Below are positions 23,960 through 36,620 of a stretch of 64,000 bases of DNA, piece by piece. The DNA is taken from positions 41,912,001 to 41,976,000 of the forward strand of contig NC_059435.1 in NCBI RefSeq assembly GCF_021028975.2, in the 5' to 3' direction. Under the pieces are notes generated by a model that worked only from the letters and a program-made list of their open reading frames with translations, ran no database searches and was not told where the DNA came from. Origin of the DNA: Sphaerodactylus townsendi. Lineage: Eukaryota. Position 1 is the first letter of the stretch. Each line of letters begins with the position of its first letter. Both the position numbers and the translations under genes were made by a program.

Positions 23960-24420
23960 CGAAAAAAGCTGAGCGATTCCACCTGATGAGGAAGTCGCAG
24001 ACAAGCCTCCACGTCCATTTCCCTCCCACAACCGGCTATTTACATGCCCCGTAACTCTGCGAGTTTTTTTCGCCTCACCTTCTGTATTCTAAGTACTCGT
24101 CTATGGCCGCGGCGGCTCCCGGCTGTAATGTCAGCCGCTCCATGATAGGCTGCTCCCAGCCTGGCAAAGCGATGGCCTTTTCGCAAAAGCGGGAATCACA
24201 ACCAGCAGGGTCTCAGCGAGCTGAGATAGGGGCAGGCCGGGCGTCCACCGCGCGCCTTCCCGGCCTGGAGGAGCACGGAGGTTGCGAGGCCGCCTGTTGG
24301 GGCTCAGCCGTTGCTGGGAGAAGGAGGAGGCGGTTATAACGCGCCTTTCAATGCTAGCGTTAGTAAGGAGGTGCCCAAGGTCTCGGGCACAACCACATGT
24401 GACTATTTTCAAACGTGCCT
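23960..24420 (-). promoter_or_regulatory. FAM221A CpG-island promoter
   Basis: High CpG density around and upstream of the start codon. Confidence 0.75.
24079..24143 (-). CDS. FAM221A: FAM221A exon 1, coding part (start codon at 24143)
   Basis: ATG GAG CGG CTG ACA TTA CAG CCG GGA GCC GCC GCG GCC ATA GAC GAG TAC TTA GAA TAC AGA AG|gtgagg. Encodes MERLTLQPGAAAAIDEYLEYR. The seven exons total 906 nt = 301 aa plus stop. Confidence 0.95.
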
Positions 24421-24762
24421 AACATTAAGCATTCCCTGAAGGTGGAAGATGAGCTCAAAGCTCCAGATAGCATTTTTTCCCGCCATGCTTTTTAAATTTC
24501 AAAGGGCTTTACCTGGGGAAATCAAACAGTTTGCCCTCCTTCAGAGCCCTGAAGCCCCTCCTCCCCCCCCAAGTCCTGGACTGTTAAAAGTGTCCTGAGT
24601 TTATAGGGATCCAACAAAACCTGCTTTCGCTAACAGAAGCAAGTTTGGTCAAAGTTGGTCATATGCATGGTATTAATTTTTCTGCAAATCACAGTCCCTT
24701 GCCCTTAAAACAATCCTGGGGATGCTATTTTAACTTGAAAATAAGAGCGTAAGCAGGACTAA

Positions 24763-25102
24763 GGCCCCTTTCACACATGCAGAACAATATACTTTCAAAA
24801 CATTTTGCAGCTGTGCGGAATAGCAAAATCCACTTGCAAACAATTGTGAAAGTGGATTGTTAGGATTGTCGCCACCGCCAGTTGCATGGTCTGGTCTGCG
24901 TGCCGCTTATCGTACAAATTAATGGGAAATATGGATGTTGGGGGATGTTAGAACAGTACTATGGCCCCTTCTGCACATGCAGAATAATATACTTTCAATC
25001 CACCTTCAATGCACTTTGCAGCTGTGCGGAATAGCAAAATCCACTTGCAAACAGTTGTGAAAGTAGATTGAAAGTTCATTATTCTGCATGTGCGGAGAGG
25101 CC
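24763..25102. mobile_element. Two family-A Harbinger-like MITEs (truncated 24763-24859; full 24963-25102)
   Basis: GGCCCCTT..CACATGCAGAA.AAT termini with the shared internal gctgtgcggaatagcaaaatccacttgcaaac. Confidence 0.75.
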
Positions 25103-25119
25103 ACAGTGCTGTTCTAACT

Positions 25120-25280
25120 ATGCAGCAGACATCATATGGGTGGAAGGGGCCATACAGGCCATCTAGTCCAACCACATGCTCAAAGCATGATCAGCCTACA
25201 GTATCTCTGACAAGTGTTTGTCCAGCAGTAGTTTGAAGACTGCCAGAAAGGGGAGCTCACCACCTCCCTAGGCAGCTGTA
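25120..25280 (-). mobile_element. CR1 3' fragment (antisense)
   Basis: gttggaagggg...ggccatctagtccaacc...ggggagctcaccacctccctaggcagc is the reverse complement of a CR1 3' end. Confidence 0.65.
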
Positions 25281-26139
25281 ATTATTTTAAATGGCTGTTT
25301 GTGTTTCTTAATATAAGTTGTAGTAGGAAAGGGGTGAAAGTGGGATGAGGGAGTGGGGTGATTGGTTGATACTGGAGAGAAGCTGTGAAGGGTTTTGTAC
25401 AGACAGTCATGCTTTGCTAAACTGTGAGTGAGAAGGGGCTGAAGTAAACTGAAATCAGTATGTTATCATCCTACCGTTATATAAAGAACAAAACTGTCCA
25501 AAGATTTAGAGGTAGAAGATATTGGGAGACTAGAAATGGAGTCAAAGTCTGATGTGGTCTCAGAGATATAAAGAACTGAGAGTGATGTGAAGTGAAAGTC
25601 ACCTCAGTCAGAAGTTATTGCCTCAGATTGTTTTATTCTTTGCAAATTATTCCATGTAAACTTTCAGTTAAAGAAAAAATATAAACAAAATTTTGATTTG
25701 TTCAATTTAAACTCAAATCCTACACTAGTAACTTCCTCGGGACCACATAGACCTTCAAAACTGCTTTAGAGCTCAGACATACTACTTTAGGAGAAACTAA
25801 AAAGGGGGTTGAAATTAAATTCCTGGTGGCAGCGATACATAACTATGGAAAAAAGGAATAAACACAACAGTATTTTGCAGCTACCATAAATATTCACAAA
25901 ACAAGAAGTCATTGGCGATTGCAGACAACTTTTCAAATACTTAAAGAGAACAATCGGGCCTCCCCCTCAACCACGTCTTTTTCAGTTCCCAAGTCCCTCA
26001 GCCTTTCCTCGTGAAGCTTTATTTCCAGGCCCCTGATCATCCTCATCATCCAGAATTCTGTCAGAATATTACAGTGACAGAACATGCTGTATTCTATTAA
26101 ATTGCAAAAAGGAAAAAATTAAGATTCTGATGTTTTATG

Positions 26140-26453
26140 ATGTGTTGCAAGAGGGTTTTATGGATAGTATGGACCACCATAAAGACAAATAAGTGGAGTC
26201 TTGATCAAATTAAGCCTGAACTCTTCCTAGAATCTAAAATGACAAAACTTGGGTTGCATTTATGAAAAGACTCAGTGGGAAAAAACATAATGCTAGTAAA
26301 AGTCAAAGGCAACAGGAAAATAGGAAGACCTGACATGGGATGGATTGACTCTATAAAGGAAGCCACGGCCCTGGGTTTGCAAGACCTAAGCAAGGCTGCC
26401 TGTTAGTGATAGGATGTTTTGGAGGTCAGAACCAACTTGATGGCACTTACACA
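26140..26453 (+). mobile_element. RTE/BovB-like LINE 3' fragment
   Basis: Decayed RT C-terminus (aagacaaataagtgg..gatcaaattaagcctgaa..gaaaaaacataatgctag..aaagtcaaaggcaacaggaaaataggaagacc..tggattgac) ending cttgatggcacttacacaca. Confidence 0.7.
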
Positions 26454-26461
26454 CATTAGGT

Positions 26462-26607
26462 CCATGGTGGCGAACCTTTGGCACTCCAGATGTTATGGAC
26501 TACAATTCCCATCAGCCCCTGCCAGCATGGCCAATTGGTCATGCTGGCAAGGGCTGATGGGAATTGTAGTCCATAACATCTGGAGTGCCAAAGGTTCGCC
26601 ACCACTG
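26462..26607. mobile_element. Palindromic hAT MITE (family B, 146 bp) with 8-bp TSD
   Basis: TSD CATTAGGT at 26454-26461 and 26608-26615. Near-perfect fold-back centred on CATGGCCAATTGGTCATG. Confidence 0.9.
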
Positions 26608-29231
26608 CATTAGGTCAAGGAGGCCCAGGATTCTCTAGACTGGGGGGCAACAGGAAGCCAAGTAACAAACTCTTGCCTGAACAGAACAAAGTTATCCTTT
26701 TCTAACAAGGGACTTTCACAGTGAGCATTCCTTTGTCACCTTTCCTACTGGTAACTCTGGATTTGTAATTTAAAAGTCTGTTGGGTATTGCAGGTACAGA
26801 GCTGTTAACTTCCTGAACTTAAAACATAAAAAGTAAAACTCCTTAGAAGTACAGTCTGAATCTGGAACCCTTGCCTATTTGTGATATTACAGATTTCAAA
26901 AATTGAGCAGAGCTCAGTTAAACACACACTATGGGTACCCCTTACATAGCTACTATGCTTAAACTCGGGAAGAAAGCAGTTGCCTTTTTAATAGTTGATA
27001 AGAGGCAGTGCAATATTGCCTTGTCACTAGCTGGCACAAGAGAAGGAAGAGGAAAGTAATTGCTTCCTCACCAGCTTAACCATTGCATAACATACACATT
27101 TGTTTATGGAGTGGGGAGGTCAAAATTAATCTTTCGCAAAACTGTTGTAGCATATTCTTAAACATGAAAATAAACACATACTCAAAACCAGTTCACACTG
27201 CATCTACATAACACCAATATTTAAAAGGATAGTTGCCTAACTATATCTTTATTACTTTCAACAGGAATTGTGATTACTATTTATACTCCTTATAGTCTAA
27301 CCCTAAACAGTTATCTACTACAAAAAGTCACACATGAGAATAAAAGAAAAATGCACAAAGCCAGAATATTTTTTACTCTGTAGTCGCTTCACTTAATAGG
27401 GTAATTACCTTCATTAAGTGGAATTCAACAGCAAAAAATTATGTACCATGTACTTTCATTGAAGGCAGATGCATAGGCAAAACCATTAGAAAGTAAATTG
27501 GAGCCCCAGTGTGTAAGGGGTGTACCAGACATGGAAATACAAATATGTTTTGGACCATGATTTTGAAGCCAAGTAAGTACATCCTGCCAAAGTAGAGCCA
27601 GGAAGCCCATTTGGAGACTTCATATGTCCCCAATATATTTTAATTTGAGAAAATATATTTGGATCTTATTTCAAAGCATACATGCTTAGGTATACAGCCT
27701 TAGGTATATAGCCTTCCATTTTATTAAGTCAAACCTGCAGCTTTTAAAATTAAAAACATGCAAGTTAAAATAACTGGACAGGGGAAGGATGTCTGCAAAA
27801 ACTCCCACAGGCTATTTAACTTTTAGAAAGCCATTCTACATTTTCCTCTTCATAAGAAAAACAGATCGGAAACTCAAATATTTGACTTCATATTTTACTT
27901 TATTTGTTTAATTAATTCAATCCAGCTTTTGTAGTTATCTGCAGGGACAATCATTTGGGACAATATATCATCCAGCACCACATAACTTGTTCTTCTTTTA
28001 AATAAGAGCTATTTGAAAACTACACCGCATATTTTAAGCAAAAAAATATTTGAATAGACCCTTTAGAAATCATTCCATAATAAATGCAAAAACTCAGACT
28101 GGCACTTTTTAGAATGTATGATACAGAAAGCACACTATGGAATGTAGTGTACCCTCATTGCAATTTGCTGCTGTAAGGCTAACATGGATATAAGGCAGCA
28201 TTCCCCTTCACTCCCATTTGTTGTCAAGTCTACCATAAAAGGCTTGGGTGCATATCCACTGGACATTGGCACAACAGCACTACCTGCCAGAGTGCACCCT
28301 TTTAGCACATCTCTTTAGTAAGCATCAAGATGCCTGGCTTCCATTCATCTCAGTTCACTCCTCTCCTTAGGAACAGCTTAAGAGGTGTGCCATATTTATC
28401 ATAGGCTGTAGGGTACTTATATAGTCACAAAAATCAATGAATAAAAAGCTAGCAATGTTTAATATCTGATGTAACTTCTATTACTTATTTTATCTTCAGT
28501 TGCTAAACAGATTTAAATATTTTAGACAGCTATGTACCACCACAGATTATAGTTTCTTTTATCTAACTGCCCTAATTCTTTAGTAACTATGCACTTCAGC
28601 ATGTTGCATAAATATAAATGGTATTTTAATACATTCTCTCTCTAGCTATTCCACAATAGTGCAAATAAAAACATTCTTTGGATAGCCATTTTAAAATGTT
28701 ATCCACAATGTTATCTTGATTTTTTACAATCAGCTCATGATGATGTTAAAAGTACTTTAGATACATTTACTTTCTAGCATTCATGTTAACAGAGACATGA
28801 TCCTTCACTGCTATGCATTGTAACCAGATCACAAAAATGATTAAGCTAATTTTGTCACTTGTTCAAAAGATATGTTAGATTTATATTTAAATAGATTTTA
28901 GATATTAAATCAACATCCTTCATAATTTTTTCATATAATCTCACAGTTTACACATTATTCACTTATCTTACTACACTAGCTATATTTCCAGCATATCTTT
29001 AAATAAGAAACTGTACAGCACAGCTTTGACTTCTATCTCATCTATCCCTGTTGAAACAGGATACAAACTTTCAGAGGCAAGTGTTGCTTTTCCACAGTGG
29101 AACAGAACTAAATCAACAGCAAATACAGCTGCACATAGTGATTTTAGACAGAACTAAATCTATGCCCAATACAGCTGCACAAAGTGAATTCTGAACAGAA
29201 TTAAACCAATGGCACATTGTGATTTTGTATG

Positions 29232-29407
29232 CTATCTTATGTTGTTTGCTGCATTTACTCGTTTGCTTGTAGTTGCTGGCATCAAGTTTCCATTTGTGGT
29301 ATTTGTTGCTGAACCATTTACAACAATGTAGTCGACTTTGTTTTCCAGTTTTACCAAGCGCTGCAAGATGTCATCTAGAAGAACCGCAATCGTTCTTTTG
29401 AGATCAG
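29232..29407 (-). CDS. CCDC126: CCDC126 last coding exon
   Basis: ttctttag|CT GAT CTC AAA ... AGA TAG. Encodes [58 protein letters not shown]. Confidence 0.95.
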
Positions 29408-30968
29408 CTAAAGAACACAAAATACAGAAAGGAATCCTCTTTTGTACTCTAAAAGTGGAACATAGTTTAACATGTCTACATAGAGGGGTGAGAATCTCAT
29501 AGCACTCTAATTAGAATAGCAGTAGCTAGGGAAGACAGGGTGCATCCCAGTAAATTTTGTTTCAGGTGTTTTTCTAGGGGTTAAAGATCTCATCCATGTA
29601 TTTCCAATCCATATTATATACACAACTATATACACTCTTAACACATATGGCTGGGTGGGTGTTGTTAGCTTTGTCATGTTGTGGAGCAAGACTAGTCTGT
29701 TTTGCCACCCCCGCCACCCCCACCCCCCCAGTTCTTTCACTGTTGCTGCCACCACCTTGGGTAAAATCCAATCTCTGTATTTCTTGTGGTTTGCCCAAGG
29801 TCAACTCCACAGAAGTGTCACTCTGTAGCATGTCAAGGGCTTAAGGGCAAGTATGTAATCAGGCTCTCTTAAACAACTTTATTTTTCATGGCACAAACTC
29901 AGGGTATTACAAGGACAGAATCTAGGTGCATTAAGCAAAATAAACAAAAGGACAGTTACTAAGGTACTTACAATCCATTATATATCTGCTCCTTTATTAG
30001 TTACAAGATGCCCCATCCCTGGTTCATCTGTAACCCTCTTTAGTATAATTTTTCTCCGTTATCCTTCATGGCAAAATACACAGCAAAATGCAGCCAAACA
30101 CACAAACCACAGGCACAAAATGCTCTCTTCCCAAATGAACGCTTCCATTTTTAGACCCCATCCCACATGTGTTTCAGGCCCTTCAGCCCATCTAGGTGCC
30201 AGGCCTCAGGGCTCAAGTCCACCAGACATGGACCTTCCAATCAAGAGATGTTAATACATCAAAAGGCTATCATGTTTTTGTTCTTGGTTGGAAAAGGAAG
30301 CTCTCCATCTGGTGCACAGTGCCTTCTCCCCTTGTTCCCAGCCACAGAGGTTTAAGGATCTCATTCCATTACCATAACTGTCATAGCATCTCTTGCCCCT
30401 TTTTCCATGAAGGTTTTCCCCTTAGTAACATCTTATGGGACCCTGAGCCTTCCTGGTTTCCTTCAATCTGGCTGTGCAAAGAACTTTGCACACTTTGATT
30501 TTTCTTATTTTTAAACCACTGTTAGTGTACTACTCAATTCTAAAATTTTCCAAAATTAGCATTCAATAAGATTTTCAAAATTATTCCATACTTCCAACCA
30601 AGTTTTGGTGCGCTGCCTGGTTTTCAGGTCTGTTGTATCTTTCTAGAGGTTACATATCTGTGCCTTATCGAAAGTGTGAACACAAAGTATGTACAACAGT
30701 AAATCACCTGTATCCTTCTAACAAGTTTTTAATATTCCATTGAGCTATCTCAAACAACCTGCATTCTTTAACATCAATGGAGAATGTATATTCAGAACCA
30801 ACATGGATATGTAATACATTTTCTATTAACTGTTGATTCCCTTGTTTATAGGCTATTCCTTCAAATGCAGAAATACGAAATTTATGTGGCTGTATTACAT
30901 ATTAGCTTATATGTATAGTAAGAGACATTAAATATTAAGACATGCAAAGAGCATTTATATAACTTTAC

Positions 30969-31206
30969 CATATCCTGCCATTGCAGCTCCATTACCACCA
31001 TTAATTATATTCTTGTTCTCTTCTGCCAGGACTCTGACATATCTTTTACTCAAGTCCAGGATTTGTTCACGCAGCTCAGCACTACTTTGTTGCCGTGGAT
31101 GTTGAAAAGTATAGCGCAATAACATTATGCCCCAGATAAAACCAAAAACCAGCAACAATAAACTTAATTTCTGGGATGCATTTTTTCTTGAAAATGAGAA
31201 AAACAT
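30969..31206 (-). CDS. CCDC126: CCDC126 first coding exon (ATG at 31206); N-terminal TM/signal anchor plus coiled coil
   Basis: [79 protein letters not shown], donor TAT G|gtaaag. 238+176 nt = 137 aa plus stop. Confidence 0.95.
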
Positions 31207-32517
31207 TTCTGAACAGACAGAAGATGTCAAAGCAGGCTGAAATCACAGTATTTTCATGGTAGATTTAAAAAATCTTCACAGAACAGTCACTCCTCTGGAA
31301 AGAGAGTTTCATCTGTTTGTTTTCCAGTAGACATGCTTGATTCCTGAAACTGAAACAGAAGTGTATTCACTCAAAATGCCTTTCCAAAATACAGTGTTTA
31401 TGCAAATTAAAGTAAGATTTGCTGTGTAACAAAACAGCAGACTGAAAACCATTATGACAAACTCCTAAGATCGCCAGTTGAACTGTGTCTCTAATAATCA
31501 TCAGGTATATATTAAACTAGAGAAATCTTAGAACAATGTGATTTTAAAGTGTACTGGTATAAGGATGAGCTGAAGTTTCAATTTCAAATAGCAATTCAGG
31601 TATAAACTTCCAGAATGCCTTTATGCAAGAAAATCTGCTATAACAAGTTTATCTACAGTTACTCTAATATAAACCCATTGAAATGATAAAGGAACACAAG
31701 AGTATCTCCACAGATTGTACTATCAGTCTCTTCATCAGTAATATTAGTGTAATAACACTGCCTTAACAGATGTAAAAATTACAGAGATAACGTATGACTC
31801 ATTATAACAGAAAAACACAGTTTGGATACTAAGTATCATTATCATGCCGTTCAACTGGTTGAACATATTTTAGTGGATAATAAGCTTACATATAACAAAA
31901 ACTTCAGTATAGTTGATATACAGCCCCATCCAATGCTTGCAAGGAGGCTTCCTTGAGGCATGGGGGACTCCAAACATGGAAAAACCTCCCCACCTGCTGG
32001 CAAGTCCCCACTGGGCTTAATGGACTTGTTCTACCTTTTCAATGGCGTAAGTCTAATGTCCCGGCCACCACCGCAACCTGGGCAATGGCTGGGAGGGAGA
32101 TGACGTTAAACGGACTACCCTTGCTACGCCGATGGTCCCGTGTCTGGTGCCATGCAGCAGTCATCCACTAGCAGATTTGTCTCTCTGCTGGGGCAAGTGC
32201 CCTGAGGAGGGCACATCTGCTGGTGGGGCCATGCTGCTCCTAACGGTGAATTCCCCCCCCCCCCATGGGGCTGTGAGACACTGAAAGAAATAAAAGATCA
32301 CTCAAGAAGAGTTATTCACTGCTTACTGTTAAAGAGAAAAGCCATCATTAATTTTTCATTACCTGGTAAGTTTTTTTGGTTTGCACATGTACCTTTCACT
32401 CCAGCTAACCAATTAAGACTGGCCCCTATTAAATAATTCATTTATTATTTTTAACAGTTTAAGTGACAGATACCACACCTGTTTTGATAAAGGCCACTCC
32501 TTTCTCCCAGCACTAAG

Positions 32518-32756
32518 TAGAAGAGTTGGTTTTTAATACCCCACTTTTCTCTACCTTTAAGGAATCTCAAAGCAACTTACAATTGCTTTCTCTTCCTCTC
32601 CCCACAATAGACATTTTATGAGATTGGTGGCACTCAGAGAGTGTACTGTGATTGGCCCAAGGTCAACTATCAGGCTTCATGAGAAGGAGTGGGGAATCCA
32701 ACCTGGTTCTCCAGATTAGAGTCTGCAGCTTTTAACCACTAACCACACTGGCTCTC
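32518..32756 (-). mobile_element. Older Squam3/CORE-type tRNA-SINE
   Basis: Antisense tRNA head (aaccacactggctctc; gggaatccaacctggttctccagattagagtc), CORE-like ggcccaaggtca and a gaagagttggttttaatacc tail. Confidence 0.7.
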
Positions 32757-35459
32757 GGAATGGCTGATCAATAGAGTAATCCATTCTCCTGCAGGTGGTC
32801 ATTTGGCATTGCCTAGCATCCCTGAAAACAACAAACATATAAACTGGATCTATCTTTAAATTATTTGAAAACCTGTTCAGGCACATAAGAGAAAATAAAT
32901 TCTTAAAACACATAGTTAAAACATAAGAGAAAACAAAATGCTGAAAACACGTAGTCAAAACAATCACAGATTAAAAATTGCATGACTACAAAGTTTAATA
33001 ATCACATAAATTTAAGGGTAACTAATTTCACAATATACTTTAGAACTGGATTATCATCCAGAAAGGAGAAACCATAAACAAGTAACAAGTAAGCAAGGGA
33101 GAGCTGACTTGCCCACTAATTGCTGTAAACCTTAGTAAAGAACAATTGCATTTATTTTTATTTTATTTTATTTATTTCTTCAATTTATATACCGCCCGAT
33201 CCCCGAAGGGCATGGATATTAAGTGTTTCTGAAATAAATCTGGTAACAGCCAACGTAGCACATTTGTTGCTTCCAGGCAAAAGAACAAACGATAGTCATA
33301 GGAAAGGGTTGAGGATGTTTATTTACTTCATTTATTCCCTCACTTTCTCCCTAATGGGAGAAGCAATCCTCACAACAATCCCAGGAAGTAGGTTAGGCTC
33401 AGTATGAGTGACGGGCCACAAATCACCCGGCAAGCTTTCATAGCAGCAGGGATTTTCACTTCTGGGTCTCAGATCCTAGTCCATAAGGAAAAGAATAATC
33501 AGAGAGAGTCTCAATCTGTGATAACATTTATACAAGAAAACGTGTTAAAATTTGGGACACCTGGAGTCCACAAGAGCAAGCCATTTTATATTAGAAAATC
33601 TGCGAAATAGGTCAGCAGTTGATAACGTGTTAAAACAAGCCAAGGATAAAAGGTGATGATATAAAGGAAAATGTGAACGTCTATTTCCACCAAAAGGCGA
33701 TGAAGGCAGAAAACCCAAATGTAATGGTGTGCAGGTGCATTTAGCATCTGAAATAAGATGTGGCTAGTCCAAGCTACAAGCTCTGTTAAGCTCCAGGATA
33801 GCAAAGCTCTAGGACAACAAATAAGACTGAAATAACTAGCCCACTAATTTTGGTGTCTGACAATAAACTGAACCTGTCTCTTAAGGAAAGTAATATACTG
33901 AAACCTCTCAAATGATTACTGAAAGGATTCTAGAAGCTAATGCAAAGCTAATTTAAAGATCTAAATCCAGATACTATGTATACGTGCATCCATGCACAAA
34001 TCAGCCTTTAATACTGACATCAAAATTGCTATTACAAGCCTTATAATACCATCATTAAGCAGATTAATCAAATCTGTTATGCTTCCAAACATCCAGCAAT
34101 TGAACTTGGCAATTCAAGGGATAGAAAGCACATTTCCTGAGGGAGGGGCGCACGGGGGGCATAGAATCAGAACCAACACCCATTAATGGATGTTGGAAAC
34201 ATAAGTATAATGTTAAACCTAGTCAATTGTTTTTCAGTGTAATGAAAAAATGTTCTTGCATTATATTTAACAACGGAATATTTTCCAAAAGCATGTTTGC
34301 CGGAATTGCTTTGGAATACATTAAGAGGCCAAGGCAGATTTTTTCTGATCTTCTCCGTATCTGGTTGTGCCTGTATTCAACAAGTAAACTCTGTTGTATT
34401 AAAATGGTCCAAGTTTGCACTGGTGCTCAAATCAGTATCAGTCTGAATAAAACAACTTATATTTCGTCAAATAGCTACATTCCTTTGTGTTGTTTGCTTT
34501 GATAATTACTATCTTCCACTCAAGTGACAGACATTTAGGAGATGATAAAACTTCTGAATGAAAAAAGTCAAAAATAAGAAAGTATGTTTAAGTATATTTA
34601 CCCATTCAGAAAAGAAAGATATATTCATTAGATAAGAGAATATGGAATATAAATTTACGTCCATAAAAAAGTTAAAATAAGATTTAGTTTATTAAAACCA
34701 GCAGGAACCATCTTCTAATTCTGTTCAGAATTCCACCTCATGTTAAGGAAGTAGTAAGATACAATGTAAAGTCAACATGAATTTTTATTAGATCATCCTT
34801 TGAAAAAGAGGAATGAGACAAAAGTCTCAAATTAGCCATTACTTTAGGATGATTATTCCACCTTCCAATTCAAATTAATTTGGCTTTAGATTAAACAGTA
34901 AATTGAAATGGAGGGCAGCAATGCAGAATAATCATAATTAGCAAAGAGTTGTTTTACTAAATAATATCTATATATCATATTTCAAGTGTACTTTATAACA
35001 AAGGACTTCATCTAGATAAAAAGTAGGGCAAATATTAACCTGTTCCTTCCAATACAGTCATGATCGAAAAAACAGTAAATATCATGTGCCAATAATATTT
35101 GTAGCATTACTGCAAGTTATAGTATAATGCATATCCTACTACAATGGCAAATAACAACTTCCTCTAAAGATTTAATAGCAAGTTATGGCTTATAAGAAAT
35201 AGGCATTTACAAACGAATGAGCAAATGTTTCACTCGGTAAGAAGATCTGGAATCAGGAACAGATCTTTAACAACAGAAAACTGTTCTGTTTGCAGCATTC
35301 AACATTCATAACAGACTTACTGCAAAACAAGTAAGTGGGGGAGAAGCTCATAACTGAATACTGGAATTCAGAGGCTCGGGAAGGAAGGCAGTCATAGAAC
35401 AAATAAGTTACCAGTGATCAAAATAATAATATTACTCAGCCAATATGATAGATCTGATT

Positions 35460-35930
35460 GCGAAAAACAACACAAAAACCCGTTACCCACAATAAAGCGT
35501 ACCTTGAGAACACAAGTGTTTGGAACCCCAGGGCTCGAACGAGGCCATTCACATTTCATCAGCATTTCGCGTCCTAAAATATTCTGCAACGCGCCTTAAG
35601 CCATTGCCGATGCGCCTTAAGCCATTGCCGATGCCAAACAGCAGTTTCCGGCCTCCGAGCACCTTCTCAGTCCCCACCCCACGCCTGATCACACTCTCCA
35701 ACCCCAACCAGAGTTACCATGCAACCGCACTCGTTGCACCAGGCTATCAACACGCACCACAACACCTCCCACCGACTTCCGCTCTTCCTCCGCAAGCGCG
35801 TTTATGTTGCGCCGCGCACAGAGGCAAGACAGATGAGAAACGTAGATCATTTCCGGCTCGTAGTAGGGAAACAGCCATATGCATCAGGCGACGTTAAGTT
35901 GCCGCTCAAGACATATGCCATATATATACC
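35460..35930 (-). promoter_or_regulatory. Putative CCDC126 promoter / non-coding first exon (candidate donor AAG|gtacgc at 35503)
   Basis: CpG-rich patch with ETS-like motifs (ACTTCCG, TTTCCGG) upstream of the CCDC126 coding exons. Confidence 0.55.
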
Positions 35931-36329
35931 GTAATATTCATGCATGAAAACCAATCGTTTTGAAATGTACATATTTTTCACCACCCTACTCTTATTTTTG
36001 AATGAGTGGTGATTTTTGTTTGTTGATATTCAGATATAAATTTGTTGTAATAAAAGTGCATCATAAATTAAAGGCCATATTAAGTGAGGAAAGAAACAAG
36101 GCTGAGCAGGTGATACTTAATGGGGCTTACTCTCAAGAAATAAATTTTAAGGAAATTTTTTATTGATTTTAATGTTATGAATAATGTTGGACACCGCCCT
36201 GAACCCTTCGGGGGAGGGCGGTATATAAATTCGATAAAATAAATAAATAAAAAATAAACATACAATCTGTGCTCCATCAGCTGCACTGGCATTCGGTAGA
36301 GGACCAAATTAGATTCAAGGTTCATGTAC

Positions 36330-36620
36330 TAATGTGCAAAGTCCTAAGTGATCTGGGACCAATGTATCTATGGGACTTCCTATCGTAATATGCTCCTCAA
36401 AGAGCACTCCAATAAGTGAATTTCAATCTTCTGGTGATCCCCAGCCCCAAGGAAGTCTAGCTTGCCTCAGCCAGGGCTAGGGCCTTTTCAGCCCTGGAAC
36501 TGGCCCCAGTCTGGTGGAATACTCTGTCTAAGGAGACTAGGGCCCTGTGGAACTTAATGCAGTTCTGCAGGGCTTGTGAGACAGAGCTGTTCCGTCACAC
36601 AAATGGTTGAGGCAGCTATG
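36330..36620 (+). mobile_element. L2 LINE 3' fragment
   Basis: ctgggaccaatgtatctatgggac...agggctagggccttttcagccctgg...gccccagtctggtggaatactctg...gagactagggcc..., typical of a decayed L2 ORF2 end. Confidence 0.6.

Noticed and set aside
26419-26613. Recurrent peptide VANLWHSRCYGLQFPSAPASMANW (also at 52139-52511, 62733, 13018) as a small gene family
   Set aside because: Translation of the palindromic hAT MITE; it appears on both strands because of the symmetry.
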